Part shown: positions 1 through 10,659 of the stretch, piece after piece
Numbering within the stretch: position 1 is the first letter of the stretch
Layout of the letters: each line of letters opens with the position of its first letter
NCBI GenBank assembly: GCA_044464585.1
Contig: JBIQLF010000006.1
Span: 2,397-66,396, forward strand
Length of the DNA stretch: 64,000 nucleotides
Source: Thermomicrobia bacterium
GTDB taxonomy: Bacteria; Chloroflexota; Chloroflexia; Thermomicrobiales; UBA6265
Direction of reading: 5' to 3'
Program-made: the position numbers and the translations under genes
The notes under the pieces: model-generated
Told to the model about the DNA's origin: nothing
Databases searched by the model: none
What the model saw: only the letters and a program-made list of their open reading frames with translations

Positions 1-1
1 C

Positions 2-643
2 TTCAAGCGCGACAAATTCGTCGTTCCGGCCAAGGTCGCCACGATCGAATACGACCCGAACCGCTCGGCCCGGATCGCTCTGCTGCACTATGCCGATGGT
101 GAGAAGCGCTACATCCTTGCTCCGGTCGGTCTGAAGGTCGGCGATATCGTCATCGCCGGACCGGATGCGCCGATCCGCACCGGCAACGCCCTGCCCCTCC
201 GGAATATCCCGGTCGGCTCCCAGGTGCACAATATCGAGCTGCGCCGCGGTGGTGGTGGCCAAATGGCCCGGTCTGCTGGGTCCTCCGCCCAACTGATGGG
301 CAAGCAGGAGAACTATGCGGTTCTCCGGATGCCGTCCGGTGAAGTCCGCCGCGTTCATGTCGACTGCATGGCGACCCTCGGACAGGTCGGCAATGTCGAT
401 CACGAGAATGTGGTGATCGGCAAGGCGGGTCGTAACCGGCACAAGGGCCGGCGCCCGACCGTTCGCGGCTCGGTGATGAATCCGCGCGACCATCCGCATG
501 GCGGTGGCGAGGGCAAGGCGCCGATCGGTGGCCAGCCCAAAACCAAATGGGGCAAGCCTGCCTTCCAGCGGACGCGCCACAACAAGCGCACTGATTCCTT
601 GATTGTCCGGCGACGAGTCACCGGCAAGGGTAGACGACGATAA
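2..643 (+). CDS. rplB: 50S ribosomal protein L2 (5' end outside window)
   Basis: Frame open from window edge: [41 protein letters not shown]...; C-terminal ...[18 protein letters not shown]... L2 signature; followed by rpsS. Confidence 0.97.
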   Translation, partial: FKRDKFVVPAKVATIEYDPNRSARIALLHYADGEKRYILAPVGLKVGDIVIAGPDAPIRTGNALPLRNIPVGSQVHNIELRRGGGGQMARSAGSSAQLMGKQENYAVLRMPSGEVRRVHVDCMATLGQVGNVDHENVVIGKAGRNRHKGRRPTVRGSVMNPRDHPHGGGEGKAPIGGQPKTKWGKPAFQRTRHNKRTDSLIVRRRVTGKGRRR

Positions 644-712
644 GCAGCCGGTCGCGGTGACGAGCCGCGCGCCCTCGAACGCCGATTTGCGTTCCTGGCA
701 ACGGAGGATCAA

Positions 713-994
713 GTGGTTAGAAGTTCGAAAAAAGGACCATACATCGACCAGAACCTTCTGGAGAAGGTGACGGTCATGAACAGGGCGGGAGATCGCCGGG
801 TCGTGCGCACATGGGCGCGCGCTTCGCAGATCTTCCCGGAGATGGTGGGACACACCTTTGCGGTGCATAACGGCCGGCAGCATGTTCCGGTCTATATCAC
901 CGAGCAGATGGTGGGGCACCGCCTCGGCGAATTCGCGCCCACGCGCACGTTCCGCGGTCATGGCAAGGATGCCGATCGCCGGGCGCGCCGCTAA
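713..994 (+). CDS. rpsS: 30S ribosomal protein S19
   Basis: GTG start, GGAGGA 5 nt upstream; [11 protein letters not shown]...[32 protein letters not shown]. Confidence 0.96.
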   Translation: MVRSSKKGPYIDQNLLEKVTVMNRAGDRRVVRTWARASQIFPEMVGHTFAVHNGRQHVPVYITEQMVGHRLGEFAPTRTFRGHGKDADRRARR

Positions 995-1021
995 CGGCTG
1001 AGCACGGAAGGATTGCAGAAC

Positions 1022-1363
1022 ATGGAAGTCACTGCGAGTTTGCAGCGCGTTCGCGTCTCACCGCGCAAGGCCCGGCTGGTTATCGACCTCTGTCGCGGCA
1101 AGAAGGTCAGCGAAGCGCAGGCGATCATGCGCTTTCTGCCCAACAAGACCGCCTACGATGTCGAACGGCTGTTGAAGTCGGTCGCGGCGAACGCGGAAAA
1201 CAACTACGACCTCGATCCGGACGATCTCTGGATCAAGGCCATCTATGTCGACGAAGGACCGTCGATGCGCCGGTTCAAAGCCAAGGCGCGTGGACGTGTC
1301 GGCCGCATTCAGCGCCGGACCAGCAAGATCACGGTCATCGCTGAGGATCGAGGAGACCGCTAG
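1022..1363 (+). CDS. rplV: 50S ribosomal protein L22
   Basis: [29 protein letters not shown]...; ATG 1022 preferred over track TTG 1013 because GGAAGGA (1006-1012) directly abuts 1013. Confidence 0.95.
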   Translation: MEVTASLQRVRVSPRKARLVIDLCRGKKVSEAQAIMRFLPNKTAYDVERLLKSVAANAENNYDLDPDDLWIKAIYVDEGPSMRRFKAKARGRVGRIQRRTSKITVIAEDRGDR

Positions 1364-2049
1364 TGGGACGAAAAGTAAATCCGATCGGTTTCCGGTTGGG
1401 CATCGTCAGCGACTGGGATTCCAAATGGTATGCCGAGCGGAACTACACCGAGCAGCTCCATGAGGATCTCGAGCTGCGCAAGCTGATCATGAAAGAGCTC
1501 ACCCGCGCGGGTATCTCGCGCATCGAGCTCGAGCGATCGGCGAACAAGGTCGAAGTCACGCTGCATACGTCCAAGCCCGGTATCGTCATCGGCAAGCAGG
1601 GCGCCAATGTCGAGCGCATTCGGCAGCAGTTGGAGAAGAAGGCTGGCAAGAAGGTCCACCTGAAGATCGAAGAGATCAAGGTGCCGGAGATCGACGCCAC
1701 CCTGATCGGTGAGAGCATCGCCGAGCAGATCGCCCGCCGCGTTTCGTACCGGCGCGCCATGAAGCATGCAGTCCAGCAAGCCATGCGCCGGGGCGCCAAG
1801 GGCGTCAAGATTCGTCTCTCCGGTCGTCTGGGCGGCGCCGAGATGAGCCGCTCGGTCGTGGAAATGGAAGGACGCGTGCCCCTGCATACGTTGCGCGCGG
1901 ATATCGATTTCGCGGTCATCCATGCGCACACCACCTATGGCCGCATCGGCGTCAAGGTTTGGGTGTACAAGGGCGACGTGCTACCGGAAGCCCGGAAGAC
2001 GGACGCCGCGCTTGCTGCCGACCTGCTGGCCTTGCCGGTTCGAGATTAG
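1363..2049 (+). CDS. rpsC: 30S ribosomal protein S3
   Basis: GTG overlapping rplV stop (taGTG); [23 protein letters not shown]..., KH domain. Confidence 0.97.
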   Translation: MGRKVNPIGFRLGIVSDWDSKWYAERNYTEQLHEDLELRKLIMKELTRAGISRIELERSANKVEVTLHTSKPGIVIGKQGANVERIRQQLEKKAGKKVHLKIEEIKVPEIDATLIGESIAEQIARRVSYRRAMKHAVQQAMRRGAKGVKIRLSGRLGGAEMSRSVVEMEGRVPLHTLRADIDFAVIHAHTTYGRIGVKVWVYKGDVLPEARKTDAALAADLLALPVRD

Positions 2050-2064
2050 AAAGGAAACGCGGCC

Positions 2065-2517
2065 ATGTTGATGCCCAAGCGAACCAAATATCGCAAGATC
2101 TTCCGCCCGCGCAAGGTGCGCGGCCAGGCTCAACGCGGTTCGACCATCGCGTTCGGCGAATACGGTCTCCAGGCGCTGGACAATGCCTGGATTTCCGCGC
2201 GCCAGCTCGAAGCCGGCCGCCGCGCCATCACGAATTATCTGAAGCGTGGCGGTAAGGTCTGGATCCGCATCTTCCCGGACAAAGCCATCACCCAGAAGCC
2301 AGCCGAAACCCGCATGGGCTCCGGCAAGGGTTCGCCCGAATACTGGGTGGCCGTGATCAAGCCCGGCCGGATCATCTATGAGGTTGCCGGTGTGCCGCAG
2401 GATCGCGCCGAGGAAGCGCTTCGCCGTGCGGCCATGAAGATGCCGATCAAATGCAAATTCGTTACCAAGCTCGAAGTCGGCACCGGCGAGACGATCGCAG
2501 AAGAGCTCGCGTCGTAG
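2065..2517 (+). CDS. rplP: 50S ribosomal protein L16
   Basis: [11 protein letters not shown]...[41 protein letters not shown]. Confidence 0.97.
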   Translation: MLMPKRTKYRKIFRPRKVRGQAQRGSTIAFGEYGLQALDNAWISARQLEAGRRAITNYLKRGGKVWIRIFPDKAITQKPAETRMGSGKGSPEYWVAVIKPGRIIYEVAGVPQDRAEEALRRAAMKMPIKCKFVTKLEVGTGETIAEELAS

Positions 2518-2534
2518 GCCGGGAGAAAGAAACG

Positions 2535-2741
2535 ATGAAACCATCGGAAATTCGGTCGATGACGGACGACCAGCTTTCGAAGCTGGAAACCGAGCTCTAT
2601 ACGGAATGGCGGAATCTCCGCTTCCAGGAGTCGGTCGGTCAATTGACCAACACCGCGCGGATTCATACGATCCGCAAGGATATTGCCCGCATTCTGACCA
2701 TTCGTCACGAGCGCGTGCTCGATGCGGAACTTGGCAGCTAA
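2535..2741 (+). CDS. rpmC: 50S ribosomal protein L29
   Basis: Internal ATG 2535 of track ORF 2451..2741, GGGAGAAAGAAACG upstream; MKPSEIRSMTDDQLSKLETELYTEWRNLRFQ. Confidence 0.93.
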   Translation: MKPSEIRSMTDDQLSKLETELYTEWRNLRFQESVGQLTNTARIHTIRKDIARILTIRHERVLDAELGS

Positions 2742-2766
2742 GCAGCGCATTTGAGGATCGAACGAT

Positions 2767-3051
2767 ATGGCAGAAGCAACTGAGCAGACGCGAACCGTCG
2801 CTCCCCGCACCCAGAAAGTCGGGCGTGTGGTGAGCGACAAAATGGACAAAACAGTGGTGGTCGCGGTCGACTACGTCCGCCGGCACCCGCTCTATCACAA
2901 ACGCATCACCCGCACTAGCAAGTTCCAGGCGCACGACGAACGGAACGAATGCAAGATGGGGGACATCGTCCGCATCGAGGAGACGCGGCCGATCTCGAAG
3001 AACAAGAACTGGATCGTTCGCGAAATCGTCGAACGCGCCATTCAGATTTAG
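2767..3051 (+). CDS. rpsQ: 30S ribosomal protein S17
   Basis: ...[62 protein letters not shown]. Confidence 0.96.
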   Translation: MAEATEQTRTVAPRTQKVGRVVSDKMDKTVVVAVDYVRRHPLYHKRITRTSKFQAHDERNECKMGDIVRIEETRPISKNKNWIVREIVERAIQI

Positions 3052-3107
3052 GAACGCAGAGTCTCGACCGGGAGCCAGGGGCGTTCCGGCAGAAAGGGAT
3101 CATTCAG

Positions 3108-3476
3108 GTGATTCAGCCACAAACCCGGCTTCGGGTTGCCGACAATAGCGGCGCCAAGGAGATCATGTGCATCCGCGTGCTCGGTGGCGCCTCGAAGAAA
3201 TATGGCCGCGTCGGCGACACGATCATCGCCTCGGTCAAGCAGGCCCAGCCGAACTCCGGCGTCAAGAAGGGCGATGTCGTGCGCGCGGTCGTCGTCCGCA
3301 CCGCCCAGGAATATGGCCGCCCCGATGGCAGTCACATCAAATTCGATGACAATGCCGCCGTGCTGATCAATATGCAGGGCGCCCCGCGTGGCACCCGCAT
3401 CTTCGGCCCGGTCGGCCGCGAGCTGCGCGAGAAGCAATACATGCGGATCGTCTCGCTCGCGCCCGAAGTGCTCTAG
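3108..3476 (+). CDS. rplN: 50S ribosomal protein L14
   Basis: GTG 3108 inside track ORF 2949..3476; (M)[26 protein letters not shown]...; 122 aa as expected. Confidence 0.95.
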   Translation: MIQPQTRLRVADNSGAKEIMCIRVLGGASKKYGRVGDTIIASVKQAQPNSGVKKGDVVRAVVVRTAQEYGRPDGSHIKFDDNAAVLINMQGAPRGTRIFGPVGRELREKQYMRIVSLAPEVL

Positions 3477-3515
3477 GCGCGTCGCCCGAGCCAGCGAAGA
3501 GAGGTTAGTAGTTCG

Positions 3516-3839
3516 ATGAGAAAGATTCGGCGAGGCGACGAGGTCGAAGTCATTTCTGGCAAGAATAAAGGCCAGCGCGGCACCGTTCGCATCAACATGG
3601 TCGATGATGACAAGATCGTCGTCGAAGGTGTCAATATCGTTGTCAAGCACATCAAGCGTGGCCGGGCGCGCCAGGCCGGGCGAGTGGAAGTGGAAGCTCC
3701 CATGCCCGTTTCCAAGGTGAAGCTGGTCTGCCCGAGCTGTGGCGAGCCGACTCGCGTGGGTGTTCATGCCGGCGCGGATGGCAAGAACGTGCGCTTTTGT
3801 AAATCGTGTGAGAAGGACATTCCCCGGCCCGAAGCCTAG
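3516..3839 (+). CDS. rplX: 50S ribosomal protein L24
   Basis: MRKIRRGDEVEVISGKNKGQRGTV... KOW motif; C-terminal CxxC...CxxC extension. Confidence 0.95.
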   Translation: MRKIRRGDEVEVISGKNKGQRGTVRINMVDDDKIVVEGVNIVVKHIKRGRARQAGRVEVEAPMPVSKVKLVCPSCGEPTRVGVHAGADGKNVRFCKSCEKDIPRPEA

Positions 3840-3908
3840 GCCGCCGGCGGTATTCCGTACGAGCGATGGATTCGCCGGTCTGCATACCGGTAAGAGGAAT
3901 CAGGAAAA

Positions 3909-4469
3909 ATGGCGAGACTGAAAGAGAAGTATCGGACGGAAATCGTGCCCGCACTCATGAAAGAGTTCGAGTTCGACAACGTCATGCAAGTGCCCAAGCT
4001 CGAAAAGATCGTCGTCAATATCGGTCTCGGCGAAGCCGTCCAGAACGCGAAAGCGATCGATGCCGCCGTCGGAGATCTGACGCAGATCGCTGGCCAGAAG
4101 CCAGTCGTGACCCGGGCGAAGAAATCGATCGCCGCATTCAAGCTGCGGGCCGGGATGCCGATTGGCGCCATGGTCACGTTGCGCGGCGAGATGATGTACG
4201 AGTTTCTCGACCGGCTGGTCGCCGTGTCGCTGCCGCGCATCCGCGATTTCCGGGGCATCTCCCCGAATTCGTTCGATGGCCGCGGAAATTACACCCTCGG
4301 TGTCCGGGAGCAATTGATCTTCCCGGAAATCGACTATGACAAGATCGATCGTACTCGCGGGCTCGAAGTCACGATCGTGACCACGGCCAAAAATGATGAA
4401 GAAGGGCGACAGCTCCTGGCTCAATTTGGAATGCCATTCGCCCGCACCGAGCAGCAAGCCGCTGCTTGA
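3909..4469 (+). CDS. rplE: 50S ribosomal protein L5
   Basis: [43 protein letters not shown]. Confidence 0.97.
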   Translation: MARLKEKYRTEIVPALMKEFEFDNVMQVPKLEKIVVNIGLGEAVQNAKAIDAAVGDLTQIAGQKPVVTRAKKSIAAFKLRAGMPIGAMVTLRGEMMYEFLDRLVAVSLPRIRDFRGISPNSFDGRGNYTLGVREQLIFPEIDYDKIDRTRGLEVTIVTTAKNDEEGRQLLAQFGMPFARTEQQAAA

Positions 4470-4483
4470 ATCGAGGAACCCAC

Positions 4484-4669
4484 ATGGCAAAGAAATCGTG
4501 GATCGTCAAATCCCAGAAAGAGCCAAAGTTCTCCGTCCGGCATCACAACCGTTGCCAGCGCTGCGGTCGCAGCCGCGCCTATATGCGCAAATTCGGTGTC
4601 TGCCGCATCTGCTTCCGCGAGCTGGCTTCGACCGGCAAGCTCCCTGGCGTGACGAAGTCGAGTTGGTAG
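4484..4669 (+). CDS. rpsN: 30S ribosomal protein S14, type Z (zinc-binding, 61 aa)
   Basis: [48 protein letters not shown]; two CxxC pairs; ATG 4484 inside track ORF 4466..4669. Confidence 0.95.
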   Translation: MAKKSWIVKSQKEPKFSVRHHNRCQRCGRSRAYMRKFGVCRICFRELASTGKLPGVTKSSW

Positions 4670-4704
4670 GGACGATCCACTCCCACATCCTGGAGAAGTA
4701 GCGC

Positions 4705-5103
4705 ATGGCAGTCAACGATCCCATCAGCGATATGCTGACCCGAATTCGAAACGCCGGCATGGCCCGCAAGGCGGAGGTCACCATGCCGTCGACCAAGGTC
4801 CTGGTCGCAATTGCCAAGATCCTCAAGGAAGAGGGCTACATTGGCGATTACCAGGTCATCGAGCGACGTCCGCAGGACGTTCTCCACATCTCGCTCCGCT
4901 ATGGCGCGGACAAGGCGCATTCGATCCGCGAGCTCAAGCGGGTCAGCAAGCCTGGCTTGCGCGTCTATGCTGGCAAAGACGCGATTCCACGTGTCAAGAG
5001 CGGTCTCGGTATTGCGATCGTCAGCACTCCGGAAGGCGTGTTGACTGGATATGAGGCTCGTCGGCGAGGAATCGGCGGTGAAGTCTTGTGCACCGTCTTC
5101 TAG
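4705..5103 (+). CDS. rpsH: 30S ribosomal protein S8
   Basis: MAVNDPISDMLTRIRNAGMARK.... Confidence 0.97.
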   Translation: MAVNDPISDMLTRIRNAGMARKAEVTMPSTKVLVAIAKILKEEGYIGDYQVIERRPQDVLHISLRYGADKAHSIRELKRVSKPGLRVYAGKDAIPRVKSGLGIAIVSTPEGVLTGYEARRRGIGGEVLCTVF

Positions 5104-5124
5104 GACGGGCGCTGGAGTTCTGAT

Positions 5125-5670
5125 ATGTCTCGAATTGGACGGAAACCGATCACCATTCCCGCGGGCGTCAATGTCGCCGTGGCCGATGGCAATTTCATCA
5201 CGATCAAAGGACCGAAGGGCGAGCTGAGCTACGCGGCTCCGGCGTCGCTTGGGGTCGAAGTGGAAGATGGCGCGCTCACGGTCAGCCGCCCGAACGACGA
5301 ACGGCAGAATCGTGCGCTGCACGGGTTGTCTCGCACGCTGATCAACAACATGGTGGTCGGCGTGACCGATGGTTTCCGGAAGAATCTGGAAATCCAGGGG
5401 GTCGGATATCGGGCCGCGATGGATGGCAAGATGTTGGTGCTCAACGTCGGATATTCCCACCCGGTGCGATTCTCTCCGCCGGAAGGGATTTCCTACGCGC
5501 TCGATGGCCAGACCAAGATCTCGATCATCGGCATCGACAAGCAGGCCGTTGGCGAAGAGGCCGCCCGCATTCGCCGCACCCGGCCCCCCGAACCCTATAA
5601 GGGCAAGGGCATCCGCTACGAGGGCGAGGTCGTCCGCCGCAAGGCTGGTAAGGCCGGTAAGGCGAAATAA
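5125..5670 (+). CDS. rplF: 50S ribosomal protein L6
   Basis: [17 protein letters not shown]...GVGYRA...; spc-operon order. Confidence 0.97.
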   Translation: MSRIGRKPITIPAGVNVAVADGNFITIKGPKGELSYAAPASLGVEVEDGALTVSRPNDERQNRALHGLSRTLINNMVVGVTDGFRKNLEIQGVGYRAAMDGKMLVLNVGYSHPVRFSPPEGISYALDGQTKISIIGIDKQAVGEEAARIRRTRPPEPYKGKGIRYEGEVVRRKAGKAGKAK

Positions 5671-5752
5671 CAACGAAGCGACATGGTGGTCCTGAGCCCA
5701 AGCCAGGACGCCGGTAGCAAGAGCCGGAACACCGGGAAGATCTGGAGAATCT

Positions 5753-6118
5753 ATGCGACTCAAGTATCGAAAAGCACTCTCACCGCGAAAACGACGCCAC
5801 GTTCGCGTTCGCGCAAAAGTGTCGGGAACCGCGCAGCGGCCCCGGCTCAATGTGTTCCGTTCATCGGCGCACATCTATGTTCAGCTCGTCGATGACGTGG
5901 CGGGTCGCACGCTTGCCGCTGCCAGCGATCTCGAAGCCCCGATTCGCGAACAGGGCGGCACCAAATCGGAACGCGCCACGGCGGTTGGTTCGCTGATCGC
6001 CGAGCGAGCGAAAGCAGCCGGTGTCACATCGGTCGTGTTCGACCGCGGTGGGTTCCTCTATCACGGCCGGGTCAAGGCCGTCGCCGATGCCGCTCGCGAG
6101 GGCGGCCTGGAGTTCTAG
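5753..6118 (+). CDS. rplR: 50S ribosomal protein L18
   Basis: ...[37 protein letters not shown]...[26 protein letters not shown]. Confidence 0.96.
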   Translation: MRLKYRKALSPRKRRHVRVRAKVSGTAQRPRLNVFRSSAHIYVQLVDDVAGRTLAAASDLEAPIREQGGTKSERATAVGSLIAERAKAAGVTSVVFDRGGFLYHGRVKAVADAAREGGLEF

Positions 6119-6173
6119 CAACCCGGACGGCGTCTGGTGGATTCACCGGCGAACCGGCCACACGGAGCAAACT

Positions 6174-6740
6174 ATGGATCGAGATCAGCGAAGTTCGCGA
6201 CGCCGAAACGAGGAGCAGGATGGCGGCTCCGAGTTCGAGGAACGCGTCGTACAAATCAATCGTGTCGCCAAAGTCGTCAAGGGTGGCCGCCGGTTCGCGT
6301 TCGGCAGCCTGATCGTCGTCGGTGACGGCAAGGGTCAGGTCGGAATCGGCATGGGCAAAGCCCGCGAGGTGCCCGATTCCATCCGCAAGGGCGTCGAGCA
6401 AGCCAAGAAGTCGATGGTCAGGATTCCGCTCGATGGAACGACCATTCCGCACGAAATCACCGAGAGCTTCGGAGCGTCCACCGTTTTGTTGAAACCGGCC
6501 GCTCCCGGTACCGGGGTGATTGCCGGTGGACCGGTGCGTGCCGTTCTCGAAGCAGCCGGGGTGCGCGATGTGCTGACCAAATCGCACGGCAGCAACAACC
6601 CGGTCAACGTCGCACGAGCCACCATGAAAGCGCTCGAATCGCTGGAGAACACCGGCGCGGTCGCACGGCGGCGGCAACGTAAATATGAATTGCAGCGCTA
6701 TGGCAAGAGCTCGGCTGGCGCTGCTGGGAGCAACATCTAA
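6174..6740 (+). CDS. rpsE: 30S ribosomal protein S5
   Basis: ATG 6174 inside track ORF 6021..6740; ...[45 protein letters not shown]. Confidence 0.96.
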   Translation: MDRDQRSSRRRNEEQDGGSEFEERVVQINRVAKVVKGGRRFAFGSLIVVGDGKGQVGIGMGKAREVPDSIRKGVEQAKKSMVRIPLDGTTIPHEITESFGASTVLLKPAAPGTGVIAGGPVRAVLEAAGVRDVLTKSHGSNNPVNVARATMKALESLENTGAVARRRQRKYELQRYGKSSAGAAGSNI

Positions 6741-6952
6741 TGGCAGCAACCACGGATTCCGGCCAGCCGCAGCTCCTCAAGGTGAAACTGGTGCGCAGTG
6801 TCATCGGTCGTCCAGCCGATCAGCGGGCGACCGTTGCGACCCTGGGACTGCGCCGGCTACACCAAACCGTCGAAGTGGCCGATACTCCGTCGACCCGCGG
6901 CATGATCACCAAGGTGCGGCACCTCGTCGTGGTCGAAGAGGGCGGAGCATAG
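6740..6952 (+). CDS. rpmD: 50S ribosomal protein L30
   Basis: ...[51 protein letters not shown]; start overlaps rpsE stop. Confidence 0.93.
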   Translation: MAATTDSGQPQLLKVKLVRSVIGRPADQRATVATLGLRRLHQTVEVADTPSTRGMITKVRHLVVVEEGGA

Positions 6953-6989
6953 TTCGAACCGGGAGCGCTCGACTCGCTCGCCTGGAGAA

Positions 6990-7580
6990 ATGAGACAGAC
7001 GATGCCAATCAATTTGACCGATTTGAAACCGAACGACGGAGCCAATACGAGCCGCGTCCGTGTCGGTCGTGGCCCCGGCTCTGGCAAGGGCAAAACCGCG
7101 GGTCGTGGCCACAAGGGCCAAAAGGCGCGCACCGGCGGTGGCGTTCGCCCAGGATTCGAGGGCGGCCAGCTCCCGATCCAGAAGCGTATGCCGTATCTGC
7201 GCGGGTTCACCAATATCTATGCCACACCCTGGGAGGTGGTGAACCTCGACACCATCGCGTCCCTCGAGCTCGATGGTCCCATCACCCCGGAGGCGCTGGT
7301 GGCCGCCGGTGTCGTGCGGGGCGACGAGTTCCCGGTCAAGATTCTGGGCCGGGGCGAGCTTTCCGCCAAACTGGAAATCCAGGCGCATGCGGTTTCCGAG
7401 AGCGCCAGGGAGCAGATCGAGAAGGCTGGCGGCAGCATCACTATCCTCGAACGCACCGACCGGTGGATCACCGCGCATCCGCGCAATCGCAAGCTGCCGA
7501 TCGATCGTGAGCTCAAGGCGGCCCGGTTCGGCAAGGTGGGCGGTCCGCAAAAGCGGAGCGACGTCACCAGCGCCGAATAG
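6990..7580 (+). CDS. rplO: 50S ribosomal protein L15 (alternative start ATG 7002)
   Basis: ...MPINLTDLKPNDGANTSRVRVGRGPGSGKGKTAGRGHKGQKAR. Confidence 0.94.
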   Translation: MRQTMPINLTDLKPNDGANTSRVRVGRGPGSGKGKTAGRGHKGQKARTGGGVRPGFEGGQLPIQKRMPYLRGFTNIYATPWEVVNLDTIASLELDGPITPEALVAAGVVRGDEFPVKILGRGELSAKLEIQAHAVSESAREQIEKAGGSITILERTDRWITAHPRNRKLPIDRELKAARFGKVGGPQKRSDVTSAE

Positions 7581-7595
7581 CACACAGGTAGCCAC

Positions 7596-8909
7596 ATGCT
7601 CGAGGCGGTAACCAAAGCATTTCAGATTCCGGATCTCCGGCGGAAGATCTTCTTCACGCTGGGGATCCTCATTCTCTTTCGCGTCATCGCGAGCATCCCG
7701 GTCCCCGGCGTCGATCGCCAGGGGCTGGCCGACTATATCGAGGGCAACCAGCTCCTCGGTATGCTCAACCTCTTCTCCGGGAGTGGCTTGCGCAACTTCT
7801 CGATCGTCGCCCTGGGGGTATATCCCTATATCACCGCGTCGATCATCATGCAGCTTCTGACTCCCGTCATCCCGGCGCTGAATGCGCTGTCGGAGGAAGG
7901 GCAGCAGGGCCGGAACAAGATCAATCAGTACACCCACTTCCTGACCGTCCCCCTCGCGCTCCTGCAGGGGTATGGCCAGGCGTTGTTGTTTTCCCGCACC
8001 AGCATCGGCAGCTCGCCGATTCTGTCCGATTTCGGGCTGTTCGACCGCGACACGTTCCTGCCGAGCGCGGCGCTGCTGCTGACGATGACCGCCGGGACCA
8101 TGCTCCTCGTCTGGATGGGTGAGCTGATCACCGAATATGGCATCGGCAATGGCGTTTCGATCATCATCTTTGGCGGAATCGTGGCCAGCTTGCCACAAGC
8201 CATCGGTGGGTTGGCCACGGGTGGCTCGGCCCAGCAGAATATCATTGGCACGGCATTCTTCGCGCTCATCGGACTGGGTACCGTTGTCGGTATCGTCTAC
8301 CTGAATGAGGGCCAGCGCCGCATTCCCGTTCACTACGCCAAGCGGATTCGCGGAAACAAGCAATATGGCGGTAACACCTCTTTCATTCCGTTGAAGGTCA
8401 ACTCCGCCGGTATGATCCCGCTGATCTTCGCGGTCAGCATCATGGTGATGCCGGGATTGATTGCGAATTTCTTCGCGAGCTCGAACCGCGATTGGGTGCG
8501 GGATCTGGGTGGCGACCTCCAGCGGCTGTTCAGTCCGAACAACATCTGGTATCAAGTCGTCTATTTCCTGCTGGTGGTGGCCTTCACCTACTTCTACACG
8601 ATGGTCGTCTTCTATCAGCAGAAGATTCCGGAAACTCTCCAGCGACAGGGGGCGTTCATTCCGGGCATCCGCCCAGGCAAGAACACTGCGGTCTATCTGC
8701 AACAGGTACTGCAACGCATCACCCTGGTCGGGGCGCTGGCGCTCGGTCTCGTTGCCATCATGCCGTATATCGCCGCCCAGATCACCGGTATCCAGACTCT
8801 GCTGATCAGCGCGACGTCGATCCTGATCGTGGTCGGCGTGGCGATCGACACCATGCGGCAACTCGAAGCGCAGCTCATGATGCGCAACTACGAAGGCTTC
8901 ATTCAGTAG
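7596..8909 (+). CDS. secY: Preprotein translocase subunit SecY
   Basis: 437 aa multi-TM protein; ...GVYPYITASIIMQLL...; canonical position after rplO. Confidence 0.97.
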   Translation: MLEAVTKAFQIPDLRRKIFFTLGILILFRVIASIPVPGVDRQGLADYIEGNQLLGMLNLFSGSGLRNFSIVALGVYPYITASIIMQLLTPVIPALNALSEEGQQGRNKINQYTHFLTVPLALLQGYGQALLFSRTSIGSSPILSDFGLFDRDTFLPSAALLLTMTAGTMLLVWMGELITEYGIGNGVSIIIFGGIVASLPQAIGGLATGGSAQQNIIGTAFFALIGLGTVVGIVYLNEGQRRIPVHYAKRIRGNKQYGGNTSFIPLKVNSAGMIPLIFAVSIMVMPGLIANFFASSNRDWVRDLGGDLQRLFSPNNIWYQVVYFLLVVAFTYFYTMVVFYQQKIPETLQRQGAFIPGIRPGKNTAVYLQQVLQRITLVGALALGLVAIMPYIAAQITGIQTLLISATSILIVVGVAIDTMRQLEAQLMMRNYEGFIQ

Positions 8910-8917
8910 ATTCGCTT

Positions 8918-8941
8918 CGGAGTCTGGCGCGCCAGACTCCG
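8918..8941. promoter_or_regulatory. Perfect 24-nt GC-rich palindrome/stem-loop between secY and adk (function unknown)
   Basis: CGGAGTCTGGCG|CGCCAGACTCCG read directly; no U-tract follows. Confidence 0.4.
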
Positions 8942-8970
8942 ATCGATCTGACATCACACGGAACGTATCG

Positions 8971-9624
8971 ATGAATATCATCATGATCGGCCCGCAGGGA
9001 TCGGGCAAGGGGACGCAGGCGGATCTGCTGGCGCCGAAAATCCACGCCGTCAAGCTCTCCACCGGGGATCTGTTTCGGGCCGAGATCGCTGCTGAATCTC
9101 CCCTCGGACTCCAGGTCAAGGAGATTCTGGCGTCGGGGAGTCTCGTCTCCGACGACATCACGTTGGCCGTTGTGGCGGCACGGCTCGACAAGATTGCTGC
9201 CGAGGGTATCGGCGGAGTCATCTTCGATGGCTTTCCCCGGACGCTTGCTCAGGCGGAAGGACTCGACCGGCTCCTGGCCGATCGCGACCAGCAGATCGAC
9301 CGTGTCATCGAGCTTGCGGTCCCGGACGAGGTGCTCGTCGAGCGCATGAGCAGCCGCCGCGTCTGTGCGAGCTGTGGGTCGGCGGGCACGAGTTCGAACG
9401 CGGTTTGCGATCGATGTGGAGGCGAATTGATTCGGCGCGCGGACGACGAGCCCGACGCGATTCGCAAACGACTTCAACTCTACGAGGAACTGACCAAGCC
9501 GCTGCTCGACTTCTACGGAAGCCGTGGTTTGGTCGCAACGATCGACGGGAATCAGGATGTCCAATCTGTTCAAGCGGCGATCGTCGGCGCCCTCGAGGCG
9601 GTTCCGGTCGATTCGCAGACCTGA
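8971..9624 (+). CDS. adk: Adenylate kinase (zinc-lid type)
   Basis: MNIIMIGPQGSGKGTQA P-loop; lid CASCG...CDRCGG. Confidence 0.97.
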   Translation: MNIIMIGPQGSGKGTQADLLAPKIHAVKLSTGDLFRAEIAAESPLGLQVKEILASGSLVSDDITLAVVAARLDKIAAEGIGGVIFDGFPRTLAQAEGLDRLLADRDQQIDRVIELAVPDEVLVERMSSRRVCASCGSAGTSSNAVCDRCGGELIRRADDEPDAIRKRLQLYEELTKPLLDFYGSRGLVATIDGNQDVQSVQAAIVGALEAVPVDSQT

Positions 9625-9631
9625 TCCCTCG

Positions 9632-10396
9632 ATGGCAATAACGATCAAGAACGAACGGGAAATCGAGCTCATGCGCCAGGCCGGCCACATCGTGGCATTG
9701 GCGCATGCCCGCGTGGAATCCGCCATTCAACCCGGAGTCACCACCAAGGACCTGGATGACATCGTTCGCGAAGTCATCGAAGGCCAAGGCGCCACCCCAA
9801 CATTCTTTGGCCATCTCGGTTTTACCGGCCGGATATGCGCATCGATCAACGAAGAGATCGTGCATGGCATTCCCGGCAAGAAGACCCTGCGCGATGGCGA
9901 CATCATCGCGATCGATATCGGCGCCACCTTCGGCGGATTCGTCGGCGATTCGGCCTGGACCTATCCGGTCGGATCGATCGACGAGGAATCGCGCCGGTTG
10001 CTGGACGTCACCGAGCGGTCGCTCTATCTGGGCATCGAACAGGCCGTTGCCGGAAATCGCCTGGGCGATATCGGTTACGCCATCGAGCAGTTCGTAACTG
10101 CCCGGGGATTCGGCATGGTGCGCGAGTATGGTGGTCACGGGGTCGGCCGGCAGATGTGGGAAGAACCGCATGTTGCCAATCACGGGCAAAAAGGAACCGG
10201 CATTCTTCTCCGCGAAGGTATGACCATCGCCATCGAGCCGATGGTGAATGTGGGTGGGGATGAGACGCTGCAGCTCGACGATGGATGGACCGTCATAACC
10301 AAAGACCGGACCCGTTCCGCCCATTTCGAGCATACGGTTTTGATCCGCAACGGTCCCCCGGAGATCCTGACAAAACGGATGGAGCGTGTGGTATGA
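9632..10396 (+). CDS. map: Type I methionine aminopeptidase
   Basis: ATG 9632 inside track ORF 9524..10396; MAITIKNEREIELMRQAG...DIGATFGGFVGDSAWTYPVG...HGVGRQMWEEPHV. Confidence 0.96.
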   Translation: MAITIKNEREIELMRQAGHIVALAHARVESAIQPGVTTKDLDDIVREVIEGQGATPTFFGHLGFTGRICASINEEIVHGIPGKKTLRDGDIIAIDIGATFGGFVGDSAWTYPVGSIDEESRRLLDVTERSLYLGIEQAVAGNRLGDIGYAIEQFVTARGFGMVREYGGHGVGRQMWEEPHVANHGQKGTGILLREGMTIAIEPMVNVGGDETLQLDDGWTVITKDRTRSAHFEHTVLIRNGPPEILTKRMERVV

Positions 10397-10407
10397 TTGT
10401 CTGTCTT

Positions 10408-10428
10408 GCGCACGCATCACGCGTGCGC
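10408..10428 (+). other. 8-bp GC hairpin in the map-rpmJ spacer (weak terminator/processing candidate)
   Basis: GCGCACGC-atcac-GCGTGCGC followed by tctt. Confidence 0.3.
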
Positions 10429-10512
10429 TCTTGGTGCGTGTGGGCTGTTTAGTTTCGCAGACTGTGGGCGAACTGCCCGGCCCCGAGTGAACACTGGAAA
10501 GTTGGTAATTCG

Positions 10513-10626
10513 ATGAAAGTTGCCGCATCTGTAAAGCGACGCTGCGACAAATGCAAGGTGATTCGGCGGCACGGCGTGGTTCGTGTCATCTGTTCGAACC
10601 CCAAGCACAAGCAGCGCCAGGGCTAG
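10513..10626 (+). CDS. rpmJ: 50S ribosomal protein L36 (37 aa; too short for the ORF track)
   Basis: Hand-translated: [37 protein letters not shown]; lies immediately upstream of rpsM. Confidence 0.93.
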   Translation: MKVAASVKRRCDKCKVIRRHGVVRVICSNPKHKQRQG

Positions 10627-10659
10627 TCGCTCGATACGAGCGTTAGAGGAACGAGCGAT

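Noticed and set aside
6906-9221. 771-aa minus-strand ORF antisense to rplO/secY/adk
   Set aside because: It is a typical high-GC antisense open frame. The composition is Arg/Asp/His/Gly-rich and low in complexity, and the opposite strand encodes unmistakable L15, SecY and Adk.
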